A stretch of 37,448 nucleotides of DNA. Source: Thermotogota bacterium. GTDB taxonomy: Bacteria; Bipolaricaulota; Bipolaricaulia; UBA7950; UBA9294. The DNA lies in the NCBI GenBank assembly GCA_039679545.1, contig JBDKUT010000009.1, forward strand, positions 1 to 37,448, in the 5' to 3' direction. The notes beneath the pieces are model-generated. The model saw only the letters and a program-made list of their open reading frames with translations. It was not told the DNA's origin and made no database searches. Positions 26,703 through 35,693 of the stretch are shown here, one piece after another; within the stretch, counting starts at the first letter, position 1; each line of letters begins with the position of its first letter. Both the position numbers and the translations under genes were made by a program.

Positions 26703-27554
26703 ATGAAGTTCCCGAAGGTCGCAATTGAAGGCTTGTTGTCTCAGTTTGCCGAGCTGCCTGCAGACTGGCAGGACGCTACCGCGCGGCGGGTCGTGGGCTC
26801 GATAGGCTCCTCAGTTGCCGCTCTGCGTACGCTCGGAAGGCGCATACGGCCCCAGGACTTGGAGGATCGCCTCCAAGCCGACTCAGCATTCCTTGATACT
26901 TGCCGCCTGTTACTGGGGCTTGGCCAGGAGCCTGCTGCTCATGTCCTCAGCGACGCACTCGGCCGCGAGTCTCTCACGTGGACCAAGCTGCGGGCGCTGG
27001 CTGTCCAGGCGCCCGCGGAGCTTGCAGAGGCGCTTGTTCGCGCAGGACTGCCGGAGATCATCGACAATGGTCTAGGGAAGGAGTGGCGGCTGGAGGACGT
27101 GCTTATCGAGCGCTACAGGATGAGCCGAGGAAGAGCCATAGCAGGGCAGCAGCGCGGGCGTGGGTTGGAGAATGCGGTCGAGGAGGCATTGCGGACCGCC
27201 AACGTGCCCTTTGTCCCTCGAGTGGCGTTTGTGGGCAAGCAAGGCAAGACGGCGAAGTGCGACTTCGCAATCCCGGGCAAGAATAGCCCCAAGGTCGTTG
27301 TTGAGGTGAAGGGTTTCGAGGCGACCGGAAGCAAGCTGACGGACTTCCTGGGCGATGTCCTCAAGATCGCCCAGGCCAAAGACTACCATATGTACTTCTT
27401 CCTTGTCACCGATGGGCGGGGGTGGCAGAACCGGGAGAGCGATCTCCGGAAACTCGTGCAGTACCAGCATGAAGGCCTGATTGACATGATCTACCCGAGG
27501 CGAGCTCTCCCGCAGCTGGCCCAGGCAGTCAGGAGTATCCTCCAGAAAGAGTAG
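26703..27554 (+). CDS. PD-(D/E)XK type II restriction endonuclease, DpnII-like C-terminal domain
   Basis: GRGLENAVE, KCDFAIP, VVVEVKGF..TGSKLTD and FFLVTDGRGW; directly follows the MTase. Confidence 0.8.
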   Translation: MKFPKVAIEGLLSQFAELPADWQDATARRVVGSIGSSVAALRTLGRRIRPQDLEDRLQADSAFLDTCRLLLGLGQEPAAHVLSDALGRESLTWTKLRALAVQAPAELAEALVRAGLPEIIDNGLGKEWRLEDVLIERYRMSRGRAIAGQQRGRGLENAVEEALRTANVPFVPRVAFVGKQGKTAKCDFAIPGKNSPKVVVEVKGFEATGSKLTDFLGDVLKIAQAKDYHMYFFLVTDGRGWQNRESDLRKLVQYQHEGLIDMIYPRRALPQLAQAVRSILQKE

Positions 27555-27596
27555 TGCCTAGCCCTAGGTCGTCCTTTCGGTGATGGTAGCAGCGAA

Positions 27597-28090
27597 ACGA
27601 ACGGCGGCTTCACACCCTTCTTCGTGGCGTCGATGATCGCGTCCTTGCCGAAGAGGTACTGGTACTTCGGCGAGATGAGCTTCCCGTCTTCGATCCGCTT
27701 GACGTGCTCTCCCGGGTGAGCGGAGCACCCAACGACGATGGGCGAGCGTCGAGGTGAGCAGCACCGTCCGACTCAAGGTCCCGCGGTGTCCGGGATACGG
27801 TGCGAGAGGCGTGAGCGAACTTCGGCGTCGTGAGAAGCGTGAACCGCTTCCTGCCTCCCGACCCCGGCGGCGCCGCTGTGTTGCCCGGACCAGGGGCTAG
27901 CGGTGCGAGCTAGCCCCTGGTTGCCTTCGCGAGAATCCGCGCGGCCAGTTGGGGACCTAGGTTACAGGATTCCGAGATCCAGCCACTGCCACTCTGTTCC
28001 CGTGTAGTAGCGCGTAGCGAGGCGAAGACTGTAGACCGTGGTCGGCGTGAAGGTTGCCGCGAACGAGTAGATCGTACCCTTGAACGCGAC
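27597..28090. repeat. Copy 1 of a ~480-bp segmental duplication (partner about 28222-28690)
   Basis: Long near-identical stretches, e.g. gagcagcaccgtccgactcaaggtcccgcggtgtccgg and gtgagcgaacttcggcgtcgtgagaagcgtgaacc. Confidence 0.92.
27889..27921. terminator. 13-bp perfect hairpin downstream of the beta-propeller paralog remnant
   Basis: accaggggctagc-N7-gctagcccctggt. No clear U-tract, so it may be Rho-assisted or an mRNA stabiliser. Confidence 0.45.
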
Positions 28091-28108
28091 TACTGGCGAC
28101 GGGGTCAA
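27962..28108 (-). pseudogene. Orphan 3' end of a paralog of the 28559-29809 beta-propeller gene
   Basis: Translates to VVAFKGTIYSFAATFTPTTVYSLRLATRYYTGTEWQWLDLGIL*, versus AVVLKGMLYSFVATFTPTTVYGLRLATRYYTGTEWQWLDLGVL* in the intact gene. Confidence 0.85.
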
Positions 28109-28221
28109 GTCTTCAGTTGACAGGTTTCCCGGAACTTGGTGTGGGCTGTGGACGCGCGGCTACGGGTAACGTCTTGTGCTGGCGCCCTCAGACGGCTGCT
28201 GTCGCTGCCACTCCGCGGACG

Positions 28222-28690
28222 CATGGCGGGCGCTCGCCCTTCATTGGCGCGCCCGTGATGGCGTCCTTGCCGAAGAGGTACTGGTGCTTGGGCGAGATGA
28301 GCTTCCCGTCTTCGATCCGCTTGACGTGCTCTCTCGGGTGGGCAGAGTGCCCGACGACGATGGGCGGGGCGTTGAGGGCGAGCAGCACCGTCCGACTCAA
28401 GGTCCCGCGGTGTCCGGAATATGGTGCGAGAGGCGTGAGCGAACTTCGGCGTCGTGAGAAGCGTGAACCCCTTCCTGCCTCCCGACCCAGGGGCTAGCGG
28501 CGCGAGCTAGCCCCTGGGTGCCTTCGCGAGAATCCGCGCGGCCAGTTGGGGGCCTAGGCTACAAGACCCCCAGATCGAGCCACTGCCATTCTGTTCCTGT
28601 GTAGTAGCGTGTAGCGAGGCGGAGGCCGTAGACCGTAGTCGGCGTGAAGGTTGCGACAAATGAGTAGAGCATTCCCTTGAGCACGACGGC
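28222..28690. repeat. Copy 2 of the segmental duplication
   Basis: Aligns with 27597-28090; lacks a ~25-nt insert present in copy 1 before the hairpin. Confidence 0.92.
28485..28519. terminator. 14-bp perfect hairpin downstream of the beta-propeller gene
   Basis: acccaggggctagc-N7-gctagcccctgggt, about 40 nt after the stop at 28559 on the minus strand. Confidence 0.5.
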
Positions 28691-29809
28691 TGCCGGCACC
28701 CTGGCCATCGTTTCGCTTCCATACGCTCCGGAGTGATCGTGCTGCCAGCCCCACTGACTGAGGTTCCCCGGCAGAGCCGTCAACAGCTCCGCGGTGCTAG
28801 TGCAGAAGACGCGAACCTGCGGGTCGTGCGGTGTCGGGTAGAAGAGGCCGGCTGCCGGAAGAGATGTGATCGGCGTGGGCTCGAGCGAGAGGCTGGGCTC
28901 AGTCCAGGTCGGACTGCCGTTGGCGACATGGCAGGCCCAGAGCTTACCGTTTCCATCCAGCGCGAAGATGTCGAAGACCGTGCTCTTCGCGACGTAGTCG
29001 TAGTACGCGACGGCAGCCGGTGTCGAAGTCCCGAGGGTTGGCGCACCTGCGACGTTGCTCAGGTCCGCCCACTGTGTGGCGAAGCACTCGTAGCCATACA
29101 AGTGCCCGTCGCTGCCGACGACGAAAGTGGCTTGGTAGTCGGTTATGAATAGGCCCGAGCCGCTGATGTAGCGGGCGACTGAGGGCGAGGAGAATGGTGC
29201 GGCGCTGATGTAGAAGCACGGGGGCTCTGGGCACGGGGGAGCAGATGGATCCCCAAGCGACTCCCACTTGCTGCCGAGGACGTACTCGTACAGGCCTCCG
29301 TCCGTACCTGTGACGAAGACTCCCATGTCGTCGCTGAACATCCCAACCGGGACTGCTGCCGGATGCCCCGAGAGCTGCACCCCACTGGGGGGCACGCCAA
29401 GCTTGATCCACTGCCAACTGCTCCCCGGAATCAGGTGCCTAAAGCACTCCCAAAGGGACGAGTCGCTGCCTATAACAAACGCCGACACGACGTCGCAGTT
29501 GAGCTTCGTGTCCCGATAGACAGCGCTGGCGGGGTCACTCGCAGTCCAGCCAGGGGCCGCGGACCGGTTCGGCAGCGGTGTCCCCACCTCATCAGGAGTG
29601 CTGACACCATCCCACACGTAGACCTCTAGTCCACCTTGGAGTTGAGCGAAGATGTAGACAGACTCAGCGCCTGTGGAGTCCCTTGCCACGACCGCGCTGA
29701 GCTGTTCTTCCTCGACGGCGTACACAGCAAATGACGCCGCGAGGGCAAGCACGAGAGCGAGTCCCCACACGATGGCAGATCGACCGACGATCGTTCGCTT
29801 CAGTAGCAC
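28559..29809 (-). CDS. Secreted Trp-rich beta-propeller protein, fucose-lectin/PLL-like repeats
   Basis: AGGAGG RBS before GTG 29809. Signal peptide (KR..., hydrophobic stretch, VYA|V). Repeats of the form PAAV...FV.G.DG.L......W..LG. Confidence 0.72.
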   Translation of the reverse strand: MLLKRTIVGRSAIVWGLALVLALAASFAVYAVEEEQLSAVVARDSTGAESVYIFAQLQGGLEVYVWDGVSTPDEVGTPLPNRSAAPGWTASDPASAVYRDTKLNCDVVSAFVIGSDSSLWECFRHLIPGSSWQWIKLGVPPSGVQLSGHPAAVPVGMFSDDMGVFVTGTDGGLYEYVLGSKWESLGDPSAPPCPEPPCFYISAAPFSSPSVARYISGSGLFITDYQATFVVGSDGHLYGYECFATQWADLSNVAGAPTLGTSTPAAVAYYDYVAKSTVFDIFALDGNGKLWACHVANGSPTWTEPSLSLEPTPITSLPAAGLFYPTPHDPQVRVFCTSTAELLTALPGNLSQWGWQHDHSGAYGSETMARVPAAVVLKGMLYSFVATFTPTTVYGLRLATRYYTGTEWQWLDLGVL

Positions 29810-30287
29810 TTGCGCCTCCTTTTGTAGCACGGGTTTTGATTCGCGCGCTTGATACAGGGCCGGATCGCCTGCGGGACGAGGTGGTGGTGCCGGCGCGTGG
29901 GTGATGATGTGTCGGCGCCGCAGTGAATGGAACCGCGCCGACGTCCTCGCCAGATAGCAAAGAGAGCCGAGTATCGAAGCGCAGCCTCTAAGAGGATACT
30001 AGTGCAGAACATCCATGAGGAGAAATGCAATGGCGGCGACGAGAGCGACGGTGAAGGTCCGAGTTGGCACACAACACGGTGTGACCTTCCAGGTTGGCGA
30101 CGCCCGCCCTGGGCTTGTCAGGTAGGTGGACGGCTGTGCGGGTCGGGATGCTTCGCCTTGGCCGGACGTCTCACCTGCGGCCGCCAACCCTCGATAGCCC
30201 CTACGTCTGCGAAAGAGCAGTACCCGAAGACGTGCGTTGCCGTCCCGTACCGCCGTTTGGGTGACTTGACACGGCAGGTTGGTCACG

Positions 30288-30317
30288 TTGGCGTGAGCGG
30301 TGAAGCAGTGCTATGCT
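30288..30317 (+). promoter_or_regulatory. Possible extended -10 promoter for the protease-inhibitor pair
   Basis: TTGGCG, 18-bp spacer ending in TGc, TATGCT. Confidence 0.4.
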
Positions 30318-30511
30318 AAGCTCAGAGGAGACATGCTCAGATAAGCAGGCAGCCGGTGGCGTGGCCGCAACGGAAGGGGCGGCGCGCGGAGAGGAAGGAG
30401 GGTTACGTCGCGCCGGGCACGGTTGCGCGGGAATCGGAACACGCCGAAGGAACGAGGTTGGCAGCGGACAAGGAAGGGCAAGAAGGGAGACATCGCAAGG
30501 AGGGAGACGGA

Positions 30512-32170
30512 ATGGGTGTGCTCGATATCAAGGCGTTGAGCGCCAGCCTCACGGAGGGTAAGGCGCGGTGGCAGCCTCGGCAGACTCCGCAAGCGAACCT
30601 AAGTGATGCCGAGAAGAAGGCGCTCCTTGGAGTCGTCGTCGACAAGGCTGCGCTTACAGCAGCGATGGTCGTGAAGGCTGCCGCGGCGCCGAACTTCGCG
30701 CCGGCGGTCGATTGGCGGAATCGGAACGGGAACCACGTGACTCCCGTCAAAGATCAAGGGAATTGCGGGTCGTGCGTGTCCTTCGGTACGACGGCCACTG
30801 TGGAGTCGATGGCTTCGATTGAGAAGGGGCAGCTGCTCGATCTGTCCGAGGCGGACCTGCACTTCTGCTCAAGCCACGGCGCGAGCTGCGGCGGATGGTG
30901 GCCGGACCAGGCCATCGGCCAGGTGAAGAGCCGCGGGGTTCCCGACGAGGCGTGCTTCCCCTACGCAAGCGCCTTTGCGCCGCCTCCGCCGAACCCGAAG
31001 TGCATCGTGGGGCCGAACCGGGATGCGAGGGCTGTCAAAGTCACGCAGTCCGGGGCGCTCGCGAACACGGTCGATCGGAAGAACTACCTCACGAGCACAG
31101 GCCCCTGCTGTGCAGTGTTCCACGTGTTCAACGACTTCTTCTCGTACGGCAGCGGTGTGTATCACCACGTGACGGGCGCTGACGTCGGCCTGCACTGCGT
31201 GCAGGTGATCGGCTATTCGGAGGCCGAGCAGTGCTGGATCTGCAAGAACTCCTGGGGAGCGGGCTGGGGGGCCGGCGGTTTCTTCAAGATCGCCTACGGT
31301 GAGGCCGGCATCGACACGGAGTTCCCTTTCTGGACCATCCAAGGGGTGGTTCTGCCGGCGAAGGCCGAGTGGCATGGGTGGGAGAGCCTCGGCGGGATCA
31401 TCACCTCGAAGCCGAGTGCCGTCTCGTGGGGAGCGAACCGAATCGACGTTGTGGCCCGAGGCACGGATTCGGCGGTCTGGCACCGCTGGTGGGACGGCAC
31501 CGCCTGGCGCGGCTGGGAGTCGCTGGGTGGGATCATCCACGGAGCGCCGGCCATCTGCTCGTGGGCCAGTGGGCGATTGGACATCTTTGCTGTCGGCACG
31601 ACGCACCACCTCTACCACAAATGGTATCAAGGCGGTTGGAGCAACTGGGAGGATCTCGGAGGCGTCTTGTCGTCGGAGCCGGCGGCTGTCTCCTGGGGAT
31701 CGAACCGCATCGACGTCTTCGCGCGAGGCATGGATCAGGCGATGTGGCATCTCTGGTGGGACGGCGCGGGCTGGCACGGATGGGAGAGCCTGGGCGGCGG
31801 CCTGAGTTCGGGCCCGGCGGTCGCCTCGTGGAGCGCCAACCGGCTCGACACCTTCGTCCGCGGGTACGACATGCACCTGTGGCACAAGTGGTGGAACGGG
31901 AGCGCGTGGAGCGGATGGGAAGACCTGGGAGGCGTCCTGTCTGGAGAACCGGGCGCGGAGTCGTGGGGTCCGAATCGAATCGACGTGTTCTACCCCGGCC
32001 AGGACTCGCGCATGTGGCACCGCTGGTGGGACGGCTCGCACTGGAGCGGAGAAGAGAGCCTGGGCGGCGTCCTATGCTCGGGCGTCGGCGTGAGCTCCTG
32101 GGCTCAGGGGCGACTCGACTGCTTCGTCGAAGGAACCGATTCGGCCCTGTGGCACAAGTGGTACGCGTAG
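30512..32170 (+). CDS. Papain-family (C1A) cysteine protease fused to a C-terminal PLL/fucose-lectin-like beta-propeller
   Basis: [29 protein letters not shown] and WICKNSWG, followed by six W.GWE.LGG....P...SW...R.D.F..G....WH.W repeats. RBS AAGGAGGGAG. Confidence 0.9.
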   Translation: MGVLDIKALSASLTEGKARWQPRQTPQANLSDAEKKALLGVVVDKAALTAAMVVKAAAAPNFAPAVDWRNRNGNHVTPVKDQGNCGSCVSFGTTATVESMASIEKGQLLDLSEADLHFCSSHGASCGGWWPDQAIGQVKSRGVPDEACFPYASAFAPPPPNPKCIVGPNRDARAVKVTQSGALANTVDRKNYLTSTGPCCAVFHVFNDFFSYGSGVYHHVTGADVGLHCVQVIGYSEAEQCWICKNSWGAGWGAGGFFKIAYGEAGIDTEFPFWTIQGVVLPAKAEWHGWESLGGIITSKPSAVSWGANRIDVVARGTDSAVWHRWWDGTAWRGWESLGGIIHGAPAICSWASGRLDIFAVGTTHHLYHKWYQGGWSNWEDLGGVLSSEPAAVSWGSNRIDVFARGMDQAMWHLWWDGAGWHGWESLGGGLSSGPAVASWSANRLDTFVRGYDMHLWHKWWNGSAWSGWEDLGGVLSGEPGAESWGPNRIDVFYPGQDSRMWHRWWDGSHWSGEESLGGVLCSGVGVSSWAQGRLDCFVEGTDSALWHKWYA

Positions 32171-32190
32171 AAGCGAGGTGAGGCGATCCC

Positions 32191-32484
32191 GTGGCGCGTG
32201 ACGACGTCGAAGCCGTCGTCGGCGAGGAGTTCTCCGTACGGCTTTCGTCGATCCCGACCACCGGATACGTCTGGCAAGTTGACGCACTCCCCAAGGGCGT
32301 GGAGCTCTTGGGGAGTGCCTTCGAGAAGGCGACGAGGACGACGAAGCCCGGCGACGAAGCGATCCAGACCCTGCGCTTCCGAGCGCTCGAGGCAGGGGAC
32401 TACGAGATCGCGTTCTCGCTCAGGCGAACCTGGCAGAAGGAGGCGATGGAGTCTCGCACGAAGCGGATCATCATCCATCCGTGA
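32191..32484 (+). CDS. Chagasin-family (I42) cysteine protease inhibitor
   Basis: VGEEFSVRL, IPTTGYVW (NPTTGY loop), F.A...G...I.F and RRTW (RPW loop). RBS GAGGTGAGG. Confidence 0.85.
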   Translation: MARDDVEAVVGEEFSVRLSSIPTTGYVWQVDALPKGVELLGSAFEKATRTTKPGDEAIQTLRFRALEAGDYEIAFSLRRTWQKEAMESRTKRIIIHP

Positions 32485-32586
32485 GCGGGTTCGCAGATAC
32501 CTACCCCGGTCGCGCGATGTCGGCCGCGGGGACTGGCTCCTGAGAACGCGGACCGAACTAGGGGCTCGTGCTCTCGCGATCCCTTG

Positions 32587-32724
32587 ACGAACGGCGAACG
32601 CTCGCCCTTCTTCGCGGCACCGGTGGTCGCATCACGGTCGAAGGTACTGGTACTTCGGCGAGGTGAGCGTCCCGTCTTCGATCCGCTTGACGCGTTCTCT
32701 CGGATGAGCGGAGTACCCGACGAT
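32587..32724 (-). pseudogene. Third, frameshifted copy of an unidentified gene 3' fragment (others at 27597-27740 and 28222-28362)
   Basis: Shares ggtactggtacttcggcgag.tgagc.tcccgtcttcgatccgcttgacg. Translates IVGYSAHPRERVKRIEDGTLTSPKYQYL. Confidence 0.8.
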
Positions 32725-32790
32725 CAAGAGAAGGGGCACCACTCCTCGGCAGATGAGTAGGATCCAGTGTCAAGCCATGATCCTTCGTTC

Positions 32791-33987
32791 CTAGTAGACC
32801 GGCATCGTCGGATCGACATCCTTGGCCCACGCGAGGATCCCGCCGCGGAGATTCTTGAGCCGCCGGAAGCCTGCCTTCCTGAGCACGTCGAGAGCACGCG
32901 CGGAACGGACGCCGACGCGGCAGACGAGGACGATGTCCCGGTCGTGGGGAAGGTCCGAGAGGCGCGCCTCGAGCGTTCGCAGCGGAACGCATTCGGAGCC
33001 CGGGATGTGGACCATGTCCCACTCGCCGGTCTCGCGGACGTCGACGATGTGCACGGCATCGCCCCGATCGAGGTGGTCTTTCAGCTCGCACGGTGAGATC
33101 TCCCATTCGTCGCCGAGAACGATGCGCGGCACGCTGCCGTGTCCGGGCACTCCGCAGAACTCGTCGTAGTCGATGAGGCTCGTGATCGTCGGTCTCTTGC
33201 TGCAGATCGGACACTGCGGCGACTTGGCAACGGAAACGCGGGTGAAGTCCTGGACCAGGGCGTCGTAGATGAGGAGAGTCCCGGTGAGGGGAGCTCCGAG
33301 GTCCAGGAGCAGCTTCAGCGCCTCGACCGCCTGCAAGGTGCCGACGACACCGGGGATGACGCCGAGGACTCCGCTCTCGGTGCAGCTCGGGACGGCGCCT
33401 AGCGGAGGCGGTGTCGGGAAGATGCACCGATAGCACGGGCCTTTCCTCGCGTCGAAGACGCTGACCTGACCCTCGAATCGTAGAACGGCGCCGTAGACGT
33501 TGGGTTTCTTGAGGAGCACGCACAGGTCGTTCGATAGGTAGCGGGTCGGGAAGTTGTCCGACGCGTCGATGACGACGTCGTACGGGGACGCAATCCGCAC
33601 CGCGTTCTCGGGCGTGAGCGGTTCGTCGTAGGCGTCGACTTCGATGAGCGGGTTCACGTCGTGCATGCGGTCGCGAGCCGACACGACCTTGCGAGCCCCG
33701 ATGGTGCTCGTGCCGTGGACGATCTGGCGGTGGAGGTTCGAGATGTCGACGACGTCGTGGTCGACGATGCCGATGCGGCCGACGCCGGCGGCGGCGAGGT
33801 AGAGGGCGGCGGGGCTGCCGAGGCCGCCGGTTCCGATGATGAGGACGCTCGCGCTCTTGAGGCGGCGCTGCCCCTCCAATCCGATGTCGGGAAGGACGAT
33901 CTGCCGCGAGTATCGCCGGATCTCGTCGTTCGACAGAGCAGGCAGCGATGCAGTCGGGCGCTCTTCTCTTGACCGTTTCGTGGCCAT
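32791..33987 (-). CDS. moeB: Molybdopterin-synthase adenylyltransferase with C-terminal rhodanese domain (MoeB/MoeZ)
   Basis: RYSRQ, GTGGLGSP, SNLHRQ, DNFPTRY, CYRC, CPIC and rhodanese DVRE...CRVGVRS. Confidence 0.92.
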   Translation of the reverse strand: MATKRSREERPTASLPALSNDEIRRYSRQIVLPDIGLEGQRRLKSASVLIIGTGGLGSPAALYLAAAGVGRIGIVDHDVVDISNLHRQIVHGTSTIGARKVVSARDRMHDVNPLIEVDAYDEPLTPENAVRIASPYDVVIDASDNFPTRYLSNDLCVLLKKPNVYGAVLRFEGQVSVFDARKGPCYRCIFPTPPPLGAVPSCTESGVLGVIPGVVGTLQAVEALKLLLDLGAPLTGTLLIYDALVQDFTRVSVAKSPQCPICSKRPTITSLIDYDEFCGVPGHGSVPRIVLGDEWEISPCELKDHLDRGDAVHIVDVRETGEWDMVHIPGSECVPLRTLEARLSDLPHDRDIVLVCRVGVRSARALDVLRKAGFRRLKNLRGGILAWAKDVDPTMPVY

Positions 33988-34112
33988 AGATCGAGGTCAG
34001 TATACCCCTCGACGCACAGAGGGTTCTTGTCGGAGCACGGTCGCTGGAGTACAAGATGAGTAAAGTGCGCGTCCTAGCAGCGCGTCCCGGCTGGGGAGGT
34101 CGAGATCGAAGG

Positions 34113-34582
34113 ATGACGATGTGGAAGGTGACGCCGAAGCACTGGTACTCGTGGGAGTTCGCTGTCACGGATGACCTCGAGCAGGAAGTCGGCGAGGTGA
34201 GGGTGTCTTCGTGGCGCAATCGGGGCGTGGTGGTGGCGGGCGGCGTGGAACACAAGGTCTCCCGCGACGGGCTGTTCGGGGCGCGTTCGTGTTGCGAGGG
34301 GCCGACGCACCGATTGCGAGGGCCGCGGGGCGAAGCGCGTATCAAATCACGATCGTGATCGTGTGGGAGGAGAAGCGGTTCTTCCTCCAAGTTCGGTCGA
34401 CGCTACGGCGGGAGTTCGGGGTCTGGGACGGCGAGAAGGAAGTGGGCTCCGTCGTGCCGGAACGCGCGTTCAGTCGGGCGGCGCGGGCCGAGCTGCCCGG
34501 CGACTTGCTGCTCGTCGTTCGTCTGTTTGCCGTGTGGCTTGCCGAGATGTTCTGGAAGCGCGGGTATCAGTCGCATTGGTAG
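34113..34582 (+). pseudogene. Paralog 1 of a tandem hypothetical family, one frameshift
   Basis: MTMWKVTPKHWYSWEFAV...SRDGLF continues in another frame as GAFVLRG...AELPGDL..VRLFAVWL. The shift is near 34277 (ttcggggcgcgttc). Confidence 0.75.
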
Positions 34583-34631
34583 GAGTGAGGCCGGTCAAGA
34601 TCTGCCCGGACCGTGCCGGCAAGAGGTGAGC

Positions 34632-35103
34632 ATGCCTGTGTGGAAGGTGCGCCGAAGCGGTGGCACTCGTGGGACTTCGCGGTCCTGGACGAACGCGGTC
34701 AGGAGATCGGCGGGGTGAAGCTGTCACCGCTGTGGAACAGCGGCGCGATCATTGCCGGCGGACTCGAGTAGGCAGTCTCGCGCGACCGGGCGATCGGAGT
34801 TGGATTCGCGCTCGAAGGGGTGGGCACTCCTACAGCACGGGCCGCGGAGCGCAAGGCATTGTGTGGCACGGAGTCACGATCATCTGGAACGAGAGGACCT
34901 ACCAGCTGGTCGCGCAGTCGCCCTGGCGCCGCGGCCTGGTGCTCTGGGAAGGGGATGAGAGAGCTGGGCTCGTCGCCCCGGAGCGGCCGCTTCGTCGCAG
35001 GGCACGAGCTGAGCTACCGGCAGATCTGCCGCCTGCAGTCGGGCTGTTCGTCATCTGGCTGACCGAGATGCTGTGGGAGCGCACATGCCAGAAGGCCTTC
35101 TAG
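34632..35103 (+). pseudogene. Paralog 2 of the tandem family, two frameshifts and an in-frame TAG
   Basis: RBS GAGGTG. A 1-nt deletion near 34649, TAG at 34769-34771 (GLE* versus GVEY in paralog 3) and a second shift near 34860. Confidence 0.8.
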
Positions 35104-35149
35104 TTGCGCAGCGGCCGGCTGGCCGGAATCGGCTGGAGGAGGTGAAGTC

Positions 35150-35665
35150 GTGGCGGTCTGGACGGTGACCTTTGATGCCGGGCTCTCCGGGACGTGCACG
35201 GTCCGAGACGAGCATGGGCAAGGAATCGGCTCGCTGCGACCGCCGATGAAGCAACGGCCGGGGAGCGTTGTTGCCGGCGGCGTGGAGTACGAGGTATCGC
35301 GAGGGACAGCGCTGTGCGGCACTTTGTACGTCCTTGGGCAACCTGGCTCCGTGATGGCGAACGCGGTGCTGCCGCGCGACGGGTCCGAGGAGAGACTCTC
35401 GATCGCCTGGAGCGGCAGGGAGTGGACGCTCCAACCCCGCTTCGGGTGGCGTCGCCAGCTTGCCCTGTACGAGTCGTACAGAGCTATCGGGGGCATCGCG
35501 GCTTCGAGACTTCTCACCCGCCCCGTCGAAGCGGACCTTCCAGAGGAGATTGCGCCGTGCGTGCGGTTGTTCATCGTCGCGTTGGCCTTCTCGTACTGGG
35601 GCGAGTGGACGCCGGGCGCGAGTGCCGTGCTGGGCGGCAGGAGCGGCGCGGGTCCGTCGGCGTGA
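35150..35665 (+). CDS. Paralog 3 (intact) of the tandem hypothetical family; beta-rich with a C-terminal hydrophobic helix
   Basis: RBS GGAGGAGGTG. Shares V.DE.GQ.IG, VAGGVEY.VSR, I.W..R...L and A.LP......VRLF with paralogs 1 and 2. Confidence 0.75.
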   Translation: MAVWTVTFDAGLSGTCTVRDEHGQGIGSLRPPMKQRPGSVVAGGVEYEVSRGTALCGTLYVLGQPGSVMANAVLPRDGSEERLSIAWSGREWTLQPRFGWRRQLALYESYRAIGGIAASRLLTRPVEADLPEEIAPCVRLFIVALAFSYWGEWTPGASAVLGGRSGAGPSA

Positions 35666-35693
35666 GACGATGCGAGGGGTGAAGGGGGGCGAA

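Noticed and set aside
27962..28690. Diversity-generating retroelement TR/VR pair (duplicated C-terminus of a lectin-like gene)
   Set aside because: Differences are mostly synonymous third-position changes in all base classes, not adenine-specific, and no reverse transcriptase is in the window.
23660..32800. Clustering of CTAG at module junctions as IS target scars
   Set aside because: Many instances are just C followed by a TAG stop or lie inside palindromes. No transposase or terminal inverted repeats were seen, and the enrichment was not quantified.
34769..34771. Pyrrolysine or amber recoding in paralog 2
   Set aside because: The same gene also has two frameshifts, and TAG is used as a normal stop by many genes in this window.
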